Assembly: GCA_905178155.1 (NCBI GenBank)
Contig: CAJINV010000006.1
Coordinates: 2,768,658-2,832,657 of the forward strand
Length of the DNA stretch: 64,000 nt
Direction of reading: 5' to 3'
DNA from: Amoebophrya sp. A120
Lineage: Eukaryota > Protista > Dinoflagellata
Of this stretch, positions 12,112 to 23,454 are shown in pieces; position 1 is the stretch's first letter, and each line of letters begins with the position of its first letter. The position numbers and the translations under genes were made by a program. Below the pieces are notes generated by a model. That model was not told where the DNA came from. It did not search any database and saw only the letters and a program-made list of their open reading frames with translations.

Positions 12112-14913
12112 AAACAGTTTTTTTTTGTACAACCGAAGTAGACGCCGGAGTTTTTGTTTTGCGGAGACTAGTTGGAAAACCAGATAAGCGCAGCATTCCT
12201 CACTTGTAGTAAAGATGAGAACAAAACCAAATATAAGATGATAAAGTCCTCTGGGATTGAATTTGAAATTTTTGAACGAACAATTTTTGTCGAGAAAAAA
12301 AGAGGTCAGTCAGAATATTTGTAAGGACACGCTATCTGAGATAACTGAATCGCAATCAACGACGAGGAAAGAGCAACATACTTCTCAAAAGTAGTTGTTT
12401 ATTCAAGAAAGGCAAGCAAAGTCGTCTACTTTAGTGTGATGAAAATACGCAGACGACAAGAAAATCGCACGAGATTTGGATTCCTGTGATCGTACTTGAA
12501 CGGAAAACATGAAAACTCGCACGCGTCGCCTGGTGGCTTCATTTCCGTACGTCGCCAGTGCTGTAGTTGATGTTCATTAAACAAAATTTTTTGGAAGACG
12601 ACTTTTTTCGTTCATTTTTTTTCGGTCCAGGCAAAAACAAAAAGCAAGCTACTAACAACCGAGAGGCGGCTACCATCAAATTTTGCCAAATCAAACGCCG
12701 TGCGGACGTGCCACTCAAACTTTGTGTCAAATTTCAAAAACACGTACGAAAGCGAAGACCCCCATCGTAGGCCAAGTTACTCTGAATACGTTCAAAATTG
12801 AGTATACCATCTTATTGCGATCATGAAACAAGTAGATCTGCAATTTTTGGATTTGTTGCGCATGAAAAAGTGATTTCGATCTGCGATTTTTTGCCTTCAA
12901 ATTCCTGATTCCATCTAATGTGAACCACCAACACCATTTCAGGACCCTTCTCTCCATGATATTTACCACCCAAAGAAAGATAGGGATAAGGTAAGTGGAA
13001 GTGAAACTAGTTTCTACCATGAGCACTTTTTTTTTCCGCGACGAGGATCATTTCTAGCTTCACTGAAATATAATTTTCTTGATAGGGTATAGATCTACTT
13101 TCTTTGAGCTACTTCTCAATAGGTTGCATACGCTCGCGCTACGACTACGCATCTGTTATTTGAATTCGTGCACTGTATCTATCCCCACAGAATTTGAAAG
13201 TAAGTATAGCCAGTATTATTTCTACTTGCTTTGCCTGTTTGATCTATTTGATTGATTTTGAGACCTCCTTCACATTGAGAATTTATCCAAAAGTATTTTG
13301 CTGTGGTTTGAGTTTTCCTCGAAAACAAAACCAAAACACCGGCTCATGGCCTCGCCTCCCGGAGAGTACTAGCGGTCTAGAGCCAAGAACTTTTTCAAAG
13401 AAACTTTCTTCATCTACCCGAAGGGGAAACAGTAGTACCAGATTTCTTTTCCATCTCGCAAGCAGGGCAAGAGGAAGAACAGCAGCGGTGACATTAGAGA
13501 GCTACATATTCAACATCCTGAGAATACAGAAAGACAGCGACCTTGGTGCTCTTCCACACTTTTTCTTTTTCCGATAGAGACCGTCTACCTCGTGGTCTGC
13601 GAACGGCGAGCACGCCAGCTTTCTCCGACGGGGTACAATTGTGATGAAGAGGGCTGAACATTTAGGTCAGAAGCAAAACGCCGCTCATCAAACACGGTTT
13701 GGATTTGCCCTGCTTTGACCACCCGCGGCGGGAGAATTGCTAACTAAACGTCCTCACGAGCTGCGAATAAAATCGTATTGATATAATTCTTTTATGGTTT
13801 TTGTTTTTGATTTGTTCGTGATGCATGAGCATTTTTGAGTTCGATCTTTTACTTGAAGATGCGCCGTCGCATGACAAGTGGAAGCAAACAAGAAAGACAA
13901 CGCGATTGTGGTTTTGCATGAAAGATAATTTTTCTTTTTGCAACTGTAGTGGATGAAATTTTCATTTTCTCCCTCCGAAAGGTGTTTCGTGGCGCCAGCG
14001 AATGGACAAATGGTTCCGTTAGATTGTACGGACCATTTGTGTTGCCAGGGTCAGATTAACAGGGTATACAAGTGCAAGTCAATGGCAGACGAAGACAAAA
14101 CACTTCTACTTCATCAATATTACGCAATTCAGACGAGTCAAAAACGCAGAGAGATCATGCTGCTCGTTTGCATATGCTTACGGCGTAGTTGAGAAGATCA
14201 CGCGAAAAATTTTGTAGCTTTGTTGAATATTAAAGTTAAAGCCCCAAAAATGATAATAATTCTTCCGTATCGCAACAAAAAACTCGACCACAGACCCAAC
14301 AACCTCGTCGGCCAGTAATACAGACGAGGCGGAAAAGCTACCCCGAAAAGCAGCGTCCAGGCGACGACGACCCTGGGTAAGTACTTACTCCAACCCTGCC
14401 CAGCTAGGACCACTTCCGGATAATTCCTCTCCGCAACGGCCACGCCTTCCAGCTCCACGCTGCGGCCGGGTCGTTCAGCCCCAGAAGCAGTGCAAGAGGC
14501 ACCGGCACTCGGTTTCTGAAGGTATTTTTTGTGTGACTTGGCTGATGTGCATACGTATTTTGCACATCAGTGCAATAATATTCTTTCTTCGTGGGCGGAT
14601 TTGAATGAAACTACCTAATGGCTCCACCTGTTTTTGCATGTTCAGATTCAGACCAAGCAATTAGTCCATATTCATTATCTACTTGTCACCGTAAGTCACG
14701 TCTCCATGGGTAATGATCCTGCATTTAGTTCCCTCTCACATCATCACAGGTCTCTGCCCCACCCATACGTCAAATTCGCTGCTCTAACGAAACAGCGGTC
14801 CAGCAACACCTTCCGCCGATAAGTAGTACAACTACCCCATCTTCATCGTTAACGGTTGTATCCCAGTAGTAACATCAAACGACGACGACCCACCTCTCCC
14901 TCCACCCCAAAAC

Positions 14914-17900
14914 ATGTCCTCCCCCGATGTGGAAATGGTTGGCTCGCAGAGCTCGGCGAGTCTGGAGTCCGTGGATAACAAGGAAAAGCCCTACGCAAAC
15001 GGCAAATCCGCCGCGGGGTCCACCGGAGGGACAACGAATAACGTCTTGAGCAATAACTCCACCACGGATCAAATCAATAAACTATCAAGTGTAAAAATGT
15101 CTGGGTCTGGAAGAATGCAACTTGTCATGCTAAATCTGAAACAATCAAGAATCTGTGTTGCATGTAACCAAAAGTCGTCCAGTTTTGACCAAGTCGGGAG
15201 GGGGTTTCTCATGCAGGATAGGCATGAGAGAGGTCGCACAGAATCTGTCATGCTAGGTCCTGCATTCCAGACCTCATGGGTCATGGAAAAGCTGCATGAC
15301 AAGTCGCTCATTCTTCCAGACCCAGACATTTTTACATTTGATATAAACCCTCTCCCGACAATGCTGATAGCGGCGACGATAATCGTCCAGAGAAAAACAA
15401 AGACGATCGCGACAAGGAAAAGTCTTCACGAAAATCGAGGTATCAAATGTAAAAATGTCTGGGTCTGGAAGAATGCATCTTGTCATGCTAAATCTGAAGC
15501 ATGCAAAAATCTGTGTTGCAGGATATACCAAAAGTCGTCCAGTTTTGACCAAGTCGGGAGGCAGGTTCTCATGCAGGATAGGCATGAGAAAGATCGCACA
15601 GAATCTGTCATGCTAGGTCCTGCATTCCAGACCTCATGGGTCATGAAAAAGCTGCATGACAAATCGCGCACTCTTCCAGACCCAGACACTTTTACATTTG
15701 ATACGAGGAAACGGTCCCGCGACCGAGACAGGGACCGAAAAGGTGGACATCACAACCGGAAGAGCCGCTCTAGAGACAGGAAAAAACGGAAGAGTAGGAG
15801 TCGGGATCGGGATAGAAATAAATCGAGGAGGAAGTCGAGAAGTAGAAGACGAGATCGCGATAATAATCGCAGGTCGAAGAACCGCAATAACAAGTCCGGG
15901 GACGGGAACGATATACAGGATCACTACGAGAACGTTTTGAGTTTAAGGGACATACAAGCGGATAGAAGTACCAACGACAGACGAGGCGGGGATAGTCATA
16001 GAGACCACCGGGACAGAAACAGGTCGATGTTTCAGGGGTCGATTTCCGGCGGGTTTTCCCAACACTTAGAGTCCCACGGCTACCCATCGGATAACAAGCA
16101 GAACTCCGCCTTGCGACATCTCCCCAGCCGGGAAAACCGGTACTCCGATGAACACAGAACAACAAACAGGTCGAACGGGCATAATTACGACAGAGACCGG
16201 GATAGAAGCAGGGACGACACGCAACACCGTGGTTCCCGGCATGAGAAACGAGATCGGGACGGGAATGTGATGCCGATCACCTTATGCATTGCAAAAGTAT
16301 CGTACTCGTATTGCAGTCATGCATTACAAATCTTTTTCTTAAGGGAAATCCGCATTACAAATTTTCTTCCTCATGCTGAGGAAATTTGTCATGCATTTAT
16401 ACGAGTACGATACTTTTGCAGTTCATACACCTCTCTCCGGGACAATGTCATGCACAACGCGAACACAAGTCGGTTGAATATCGGGAACATTTTGCAACAA
16501 ACGAAGATGTACCAAATGCAAAAATGTCTTGGTCTGGAAGAGTGCATGTTTGTCATGCTTGTCTGGCATGACTCTTAAAGCTGTCATGCACGTTGCTCAC
16601 GAGCCGCATTTTTCTGTCATGCGGAGACGCAGTTTGTCATGCAGATTAGGCAACACCTACAAGCTCAGAAATTTGTCATGCTGAGCCAGTACTTGTGGCC
16701 TCCTCATGCTACGCCACTCAGCATCACAAGTTTCCGGACCCAGACACTTTTGCATTTGATAAGATGTTGAAGATGGAGCGGGAGCGGTTATCGAAACAGC
16801 AGGTCGACTACATCGAGATGATCGCGTTCAGGAATCTATCCTGAGTAAAAACGTCCCCACACCATGGTCATGATGGGAAGTCTGCAACACAAATCCTCAA
16901 GTTTTGGGAGTTCTGCATGACAAGTTTCCATCTGCAGTGTAGTGCTGGCTAGCAAGGAAAGCCGCATGAGTAAGCCATTTTCTCATCCTGTTTACAGCAT
17001 TCCAAATGCCAAAACACGACTGGAAATGCCTCTCATGGAGATGCGCATTACAAATGTTCCTGACATTGCGCATTTGCATGACAACTCTGGGGTGGGGACG
17101 TTTTTACACAGGATAGAATCCGGAAAACAACCGGAATAAAAACGACCCCACAATCGACAAGCAGGAGTACTACAAGTGCCAGGTCGGGGAGAAGCTCGGC
17201 GATAACGGGGAGTTTGAAGCCGTGGAGCAGTTAGGAACCGGCGTTTATTCCTCAGTGTTCAAGTGTAAGAAGGTCGGAAGAGATAGACACAGAAACAACC
17301 GAGACAACTATCGGGGGAATAACCGGAGATATGATGACTGGGAGGACGATCGAGATTTCGTAGCAGTGAAAATCATCCGGAACGTGCGGGCGATGCAAAA
17401 CCAGGCCATGCGGGATATCCTGAGTAAAAACGTCCCCACCCCAGAGTCAAGATGAGGACTTTGCAACACAAACCTAGAAGTTTTGGGAGTCACGCATGAC
17501 AAGTTCCAGTCCGTCATGTAGTGCAGGTTGGCAAGGATAGCCGCATCATAAATCCATCTGCTTATGCTGTTTCCAGCATCACAAATTCCTAAACACAGTT
17601 GGAAATGCCTATCATGGGGATGCGCGTCACAAATGTTCCTGTCATTGCACATCTGCATGACAACTCTGGGGTGGGGACGTTTTTACCCAGGATACGGGAA
17701 ATTGAGAGGATGATGCGGATGAGCTCGGAGGGACCGCGGGTGGACCGGTTTGGGTCACAGTTTCTGATGTATTTGCACGAAAACAAACACTTTCGCCATC
17801 ACGACCTGCAGGCCATGGTCTTCGACCTGATGCGGCACGACTTGAGGAAAGCCAGCGATGTATCTTGTGTAAAAACGTTCCCACCCCATAGTCAAGGTGG

Positions 17901-19714
17901 TGAATCTGCAACACAAATCTCCAAGTTTTGGGAGTTGTGCATGACAAGCTTCCATCTGCAGTGTAGTGCTGGTTAGCAAGGGAGGCCGCTTGAGAAGCGC
18001 GCTTGTTCATCCTGGTTACAGCATTACAAATTCCAACACACGACCGGACACGCCTCTCATGGAGATGCGCATTACACATGTTGCTGTCATTGCGCACTTG
18101 CATGACAGCCCTGGGATGGAGACGTTTTTACATATGATACGACCGATATCTGAAGGGCCAAAGCGACTCCGCGAAGGGCTTTCCCCTCAGCACCGTGGCG
18201 CTGTATTGATGTTTTGCCATCTATAATTCGAGAAAGAGACTTTTTTTTTGAGAATACTTGTTTTGTTTATCATTGTAATCAAATTTCTTCGAGTTGTATC
18301 ACTTGAAATTTGATATTTCAGCTTGTTCACACGCTACCATGTCCTTTGTCATATTCAAGAAACCCTAGCACGAACAAACCTATTGACTACTAAACTAAAA
18401 ACTACAGGTGGGGTATCCAGATTCTGTATGGGCTTCGCGCCCTGAAGCGACAGGGCATCATCCAAGCGGATTTATCCTGTGCAAAAGTATCGTACTCGTA
18501 TTAATTGCATTTATGCATTACAAATCTAATTCCTAAGGCAAATCCGCATATACAAATTTAATTTGTAATGCTGAGCCAATTTGTATTATACTAGTACGTT
18601 ACTTTTGCAATTCATAGGATTTGAAGCCGGACAACGTTCTCCTCACCCAGGACAACTCAGTAGCCAAAATCGCCGATTTCGGTGCGGCTATGGACGAGGA
18701 GAAGACCATTCGTGACCGCAACATCCAGCCGCGGTACTACCGCGCACCAGAGGTTTTCCTCGGCCAGCGGTACGATTGCGGCATCGACATGTGGAGTTTC
18801 GGGTGCACGCTGTACGAGCTCGCGAAGGGGAAAATCCTGTTCACCGGGGCATCGGATAACAAGATGATCCAGAAGATGATGGATTTGTGCGGTCGGTTCC
18901 CACTGGAAATGGTCTGTCACGCGTACTGTCAGAAGAAAAACAAGGAACTGCAGAAGGAGCGAGAACAGAACGGGCAGTCCTCCGGGTCCGGCTCCGTTAC
19001 ACCGGCTTTCGTTGTCGGCGACTACGCGCACGAGCACTTCGACAAGAAAACCGGGGATTTTCTGCTCCACGACGAAGAAGCGCTGCAGAATATCCTGCGT
19101 GAAAACGTCCCTCACCCGATAGTCAAGTTCGGGGATTTGGCTACACAAATCAACAAGTTTAGGCTGTTGCGCATGACAAACCTGGGATCTACTTCGTAGT
19201 GTCATGGTTTTAAGGTATAATTAGTGCAGCCGCATGACAAATCGACCCTCTCATCCTGATTGCAGCATGAGAAGCTGCAGCCAAACGGCATCGGATAATG
19301 CCCTTCAACATGTTGGGGTCGCGCATGAGAAACATTCGTAGGCATGCCGTTTTGCATTACAACTCTCGGCTGGGGACGTTTTTACACAGGATACAGAACG
19401 AGATGGGTGACAAATCGATGGACCAGCCGACCAAGGTGAAATTATTGTCCGAAAAAGCGACCAAAATGGCCACGGCGCACCTGCGGATGAAGGATTTTGT
19501 GAAATATTTGGAGTTGGACAAGTGCAACGTGAACAAGGACCAGGACCGGAACATTAAGGGCAGTAAGGAACAAGTCTCCGCGTTTTCGGACCTGTTGCAG
19601 AAGTGCCTGCAGCTGGACCCGAAGAAGCGGGTGAACGCTGAGGAGGCCGTGAAACACGAATTTTTCTCCTTGTGTTTGAACGGGGAACGGAGGAAGGAAT
19701 TCATGGGGAAATAA
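14914..19714 (+). CDS. PRPF4B: PRP4-like CMGC Ser/Thr kinase with RS/RD-rich N-terminus, 9 introners + 1 GT-AG intron
   Basis: RS-rich tract, YYKCQVGEKL, LGTGVYSSVFKC, VAVKIIRN, IIQADLKPDNVL, IADFG, RYYRAPEVFLG, IDMWSFGCTLYELAKGKILFTG, LQLDPKKRV. Confidence 0.8.
15083..15343. mobile_element. Introner family A
   Basis: DR TAAAC. Confidence 0.92.
15441..15703. mobile_element. Introner family A
   Basis: DR CGAGG, close copy of 15083 and 43799. Confidence 0.92.
16283..16427. mobile_element. Introner family B
   Basis: DR CACCT. Confidence 0.9.
16510..16761. mobile_element. Introner family A (starts TAC)
   Basis: DR AGATG. Confidence 0.9.
16837..17115. mobile_element. Introner family C
   Basis: DR GAATC. 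Confidence 0.92.
17416..17694. mobile_element. Introner family C
   Basis: DR CGGGA. Confidence 0.92.
17861..18139. mobile_element. Introner family C
   Basis: DR CGATG/CGACC. Confidence 0.88.
18203..18407 (+). other. Canonical GT-AG intron
   Basis: Restores VALWGIQIL. Confidence 0.85.
18473..18616. mobile_element. Introner family B
   Basis: DR GGATT, splits the kinase catalytic loop ADLKPDN. Confidence 0.92.
19091..19393. mobile_element. Introner family C
   Basis: DR CAGAA. Confidence 0.9.
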
Positions 19715-20238
19715 GGTCGTCGCTTTGTGATTGTGTTGTGTTGATTGATAGCTTGTGGCGCACCAGCAAGAAAAATGAACCGCGTTTGATGCCGGCGATC
19801 AAGAAGAGACAAGTAGTTGGATTAAACGAAGAAGAACGGCGATGAAATAAGCGGCATAGGTCGTCGTGCAAAATAAACGAATAACAAGCCAAGCTGTGTT
19901 TCGCAACAGTTTCTTCCTTCTTCTTGAACAAAAAGTGGCAACAAGAACGAGGACTTCCAGCAGCTGGGGAGAGTAGTAAACACTTCCTACCAACATCAAC
20001 ACACGACCATGAAGACGACCATGGACATCAAACTGTCTAGACAAAAATCCAGCGACAACATTAAATTTTGTTTTCACAAAGAAACTTCACCGCATGTGGG
20101 CACTTGCAGAGGATGAGGAGTCCTGCGCGGAAGAAGACTTCCGTCCGAAGACGAGGGGTAATGAATAGTCGCCCAGATGAGCGGAGTTCTTGTTTTCATC
20201 ACACTCCACTGCGTAGTTCGTCGCGCTTCGATGAGTAC

Positions 20239-20321
20239 TCACGCAACACAGATTTTTGCATCATTCAGATTTAGCATGACAAGTTCTAATCTTCCAGACC
20301 CAGACATTTTTACATTTGATA
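20239..20321. mobile_element. Truncated family A introner (right end) in a duplicated segment
   Basis: Right TIR only, followed by TCGGA. Confidence 0.8.
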
Positions 20322-20715
20322 TCGGAACATCTTCACCTCGGTTTCATTTTCAAAAGAACTTTTTTGAAGCATCAAAACTTGAGAGTATTAGTACCTACCA
20401 GGCTAGGGAACAACAACAAAGTGAAGGCTCCTTGGCTCGCTGTTTGTTCATTTTTGTGTTCGTACGAGAACATCAAACGTTGGTCCTGTAGCATTCATAG
20501 TGTGTCGTGTGGCTCGTGCGTCATCGGGTGGGTAACGTACTTGGAAGTAGGCCCGTACTATCAAAAGTGGATAAAAGTAAAAAGTCTCGCCCTTTCGTCG
20601 CTTCTTCTGCTCGATGAAGCAAGGTCGTTTACCTTCGTTTGAAAGCTGTAGGCTTAAGGCCTGTTTGAGGCCGTGGCCGGTGATCTTCGTATAGTCGTGC
20701 TGTCGTCTGGCTGAA

Positions 20716-20875
20716 GTAGTCCATATAATCGTGCAAGATTGCTTGTAGATGTACAAATTCCATCGTGAAGTACAAATTCCAGTAGTAGAAGTACAAATTC
20801 CATCGTGCAAGATTGCTAGTAGTAGTCCCATATAATCGTGAAGTACAGATTCCATCGTGCAAGATTGCTTGTAGG
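20716..20875. repeat. Scrambled short direct repeats
   Basis: Repeated units GAAGTACAAATTCCA, ATCGTGCAAGATTGCT and GTAGTCCATATAATCGTG. Confidence 0.7.
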
Positions 20876-21210
20876 CATTCTGGAACTGCTAGAACTGCTT
20901 GGTCAATACTGTCCGAGCTGCCAGCGGCCTTCTGCGTGCGTCACGACCTTCGTCCTTCGTGCTATTTCTTGCGGCCCATTTTCACAACTGCTGTTCGTCG
21001 TTAGCTCTACATCACCATGCTATCGTGAACTTGTTTGTCCATGTCATCCAGGAAAAGCTTGTTTTTTTTGCCGGGAGCAAAAAATAAGGCGCTGGAAAAA
21101 TAAGCTTCGAGTACTAGTAGTACTTACACAGCACACAGTAGTTTAATAGAGCCTGTCTTTATTTGATTGTTCATACATAAGTCATTGTTCTGACCGAAGA
21201 AGCCCAGAAA

Positions 21211-21631
21211 ATGCCTAAATCCACCACTCTCGCACTGCAACTGCTCGCGGCCCAGCTGGCCGAAGCCGTCGAGTCGTCGAAAACCCACGTTTGGGTGGGG
21301 GGCGAGAAGACCGGAAACGCCGTTCTTTTGCAGGTACAAATTTATGAGCGGAGTTCTTGTTTTCATCACACTCCACTGCGTAGTTCGTCGCGCTTCGATG
21401 AGTACACAAATCATTATCTCTAACGAGGACCGCAGATTTATCAACAACAACTTTTGGATTAAAAATCGGAATAAAAAAACATCAAGCATCTTCACGACCT
21501 TGGAGGCGAAAACGATAAACAAGCCCGAATCTTCCGGATCGGAACATCAGCATCACCTCGGTTTCATTTTCCAAAGAACTTTTTTGAAGCATCAAAACTT
21601 GAGAGTATTGGTTAGTACCCTACCAGGCTAG
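21211..21631 (+). pseudogene. Possible small gene or pseudogene, partly duplicated at 20177-20490
   Basis: ATG with hydrophobic N-terminus (MPKSTTLALQLLAAQLAEA), CAG|GTAC donor near 21334 and open frame downstream. No recognisable domain. Confidence 0.25.
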
Positions 21632-23454
21632 GGGATCTACACGAAGAACAGGTGAAGACTCGTTGGCGCCTCGCCGTTTGTTCATTCTTCTGTTCGTACG
21701 AGAACAACTGTATGGCCCTGTAGCACTTGTAGCGTGTCGTGTGGCGAGAACAACTCGTTGCCACGGGCTTCGTTTCGTCTCTCGAAGATGCAGATCGTCA
21801 AAACCTCTCTTGTTACAGGTTACAGCACATCTAACATTCTAATTTCCTCTCACACGCTCGGGAAGACGTTTTGTTGTCTTCCTGTTCAACAATCGAGAAG
21901 AAGAAGAAGATGTAGAAGAAGTTGCTGCAGGCCCGTGCACCAGTGTGCTGCGTCAGTTTGTTCATTTTGTTTGGTTTTTTGGGCTACAACAACATGAGAA
22001 ACTGAGAGCTTTCGACAACGGTTCAGTAATGATGAAGATTCACCATTTCGCTCTACCGTGAGCGTCTTTGAGCAGCGATTCTCATACAAGTCTCCTTTCC
22101 CCTATTGTTTTCGCGTGTGGTGTTTTTCAAGACAGAAAGAGCAATTTGTCATGCAGATTTGAAAAAGTTCAAAATGTGCGACGGTTTGCCGTTACGTTCT
22201 ACTTCTTCATTTTGTGTTGCACAAACTCGAGATGCTCTATTTCTTGTCGAAAAACCAGATAAATTTGCGCTGCTGGAATGCACGGCCACCGAATTTGTCA
22301 TGCAATACTCCAGAAACCAATCTAATTCGGTAAATAAGATAGTTGATGTGTATATCTAAAAGGACGTCCGTACAAGATCTCGAGCTTCGCACGCCTGGTT
22401 GGTGCTCGTAGCACCCTGTTTGCTCGAGAAAGTAAAGAGCAAAGCCAACAAATCTTCGTTGCACTTAGCACGGTATGCGTGAAGTCGGATCAAGTGCAGT
22501 TCTATTCTGACGACAATATTTGCAAGATGTTCTAATGCTACAAACTCATAACAGGACAACAGAGAATTAAGATAGTACGACAGCAACCGAGTGCAGGAAC
22601 TTGACACATGTGGCACATGTGGGCAGTTTTGCTTCTTGCACCGATCTCCCGTCGTAGTCGTATTCTTCCATACCGATTAGCGCCAAAGATAACTACAGGA
22701 GCCTACGGAACTACAGAAGAAACGGCGAATCAGGGTAGTTTTGGAAAGCAGAGAACGCAACTCGTTGCCACGGGTTTCGTTTCGTCTCTCGAAGATGCAG
22801 ATCGTCAAAACTTACTTCGTGAAATGACCGGGAACGGAAAACAAGTTGAATACTCAAGAAGTACTCACACTTTCATTTTTGAAGTCGTCAGAAAAAAAAC
22901 AGGAACCCCGGCGGTTCTCTTTCATCTGTAATGGCTTGGTATCTCCGATCAATGCACTGGTCTGCTTGCTAGTTCAGCCCCGCTAGTAAGTACTGCGAAA
23001 TCCACAGTACAAAGCAACGTGGGCTGCCGCGGCTGCTTTTCGTGTGAATGAAGTCGACGTTATTTTCTTGATTGCAGTCGTATTATCGTAAATTTGTTGC
23101 GCCCTCGTTACGCTTCGTATTGATTCTTCCCATGCTCGTAGAGGAATTTTGCAACTTCATCGCAACTTCTAAGAACGGCAGGCTCTTTTTTTTTCAGTGT
23201 TGGCGAGCATGCTATGCCACTAGGGTAACAACTAGTGGCTCGGGGGAAGTAGATACATCCGAAAGCGTTCTTGTAAAATAGAGCAGGACCGGCGGTTTCG
23301 GTTCCTGCTGCTAGAGCTGTTGGATCTACTAGACCTACTTCTAGTCGTTCCTGGTGCACCAGCCGCAACTCCTTCATATCGGTAGAAACAAGTTAAAGTT
23401 CAGCAAACCAGCACTAGTTCTTCTTCCAACTACTTCGAAAGACATCACCATCCC

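Larger units (their letters stand above)
20177..21740 (+). repeat. Local segmental duplication
   Basis: 20177-20238 matches 21344-21405. About 20322-20490 matches about 21539-21740. Also 21751-21804 recurs at 22758-22811. Confidence 0.85.

Noticed and set aside
22103-22340. Possible degenerate intergenic introner with two TTGTCATGC motifs
   Set aside because: No convincing TIR or flanking 5-bp repeat.
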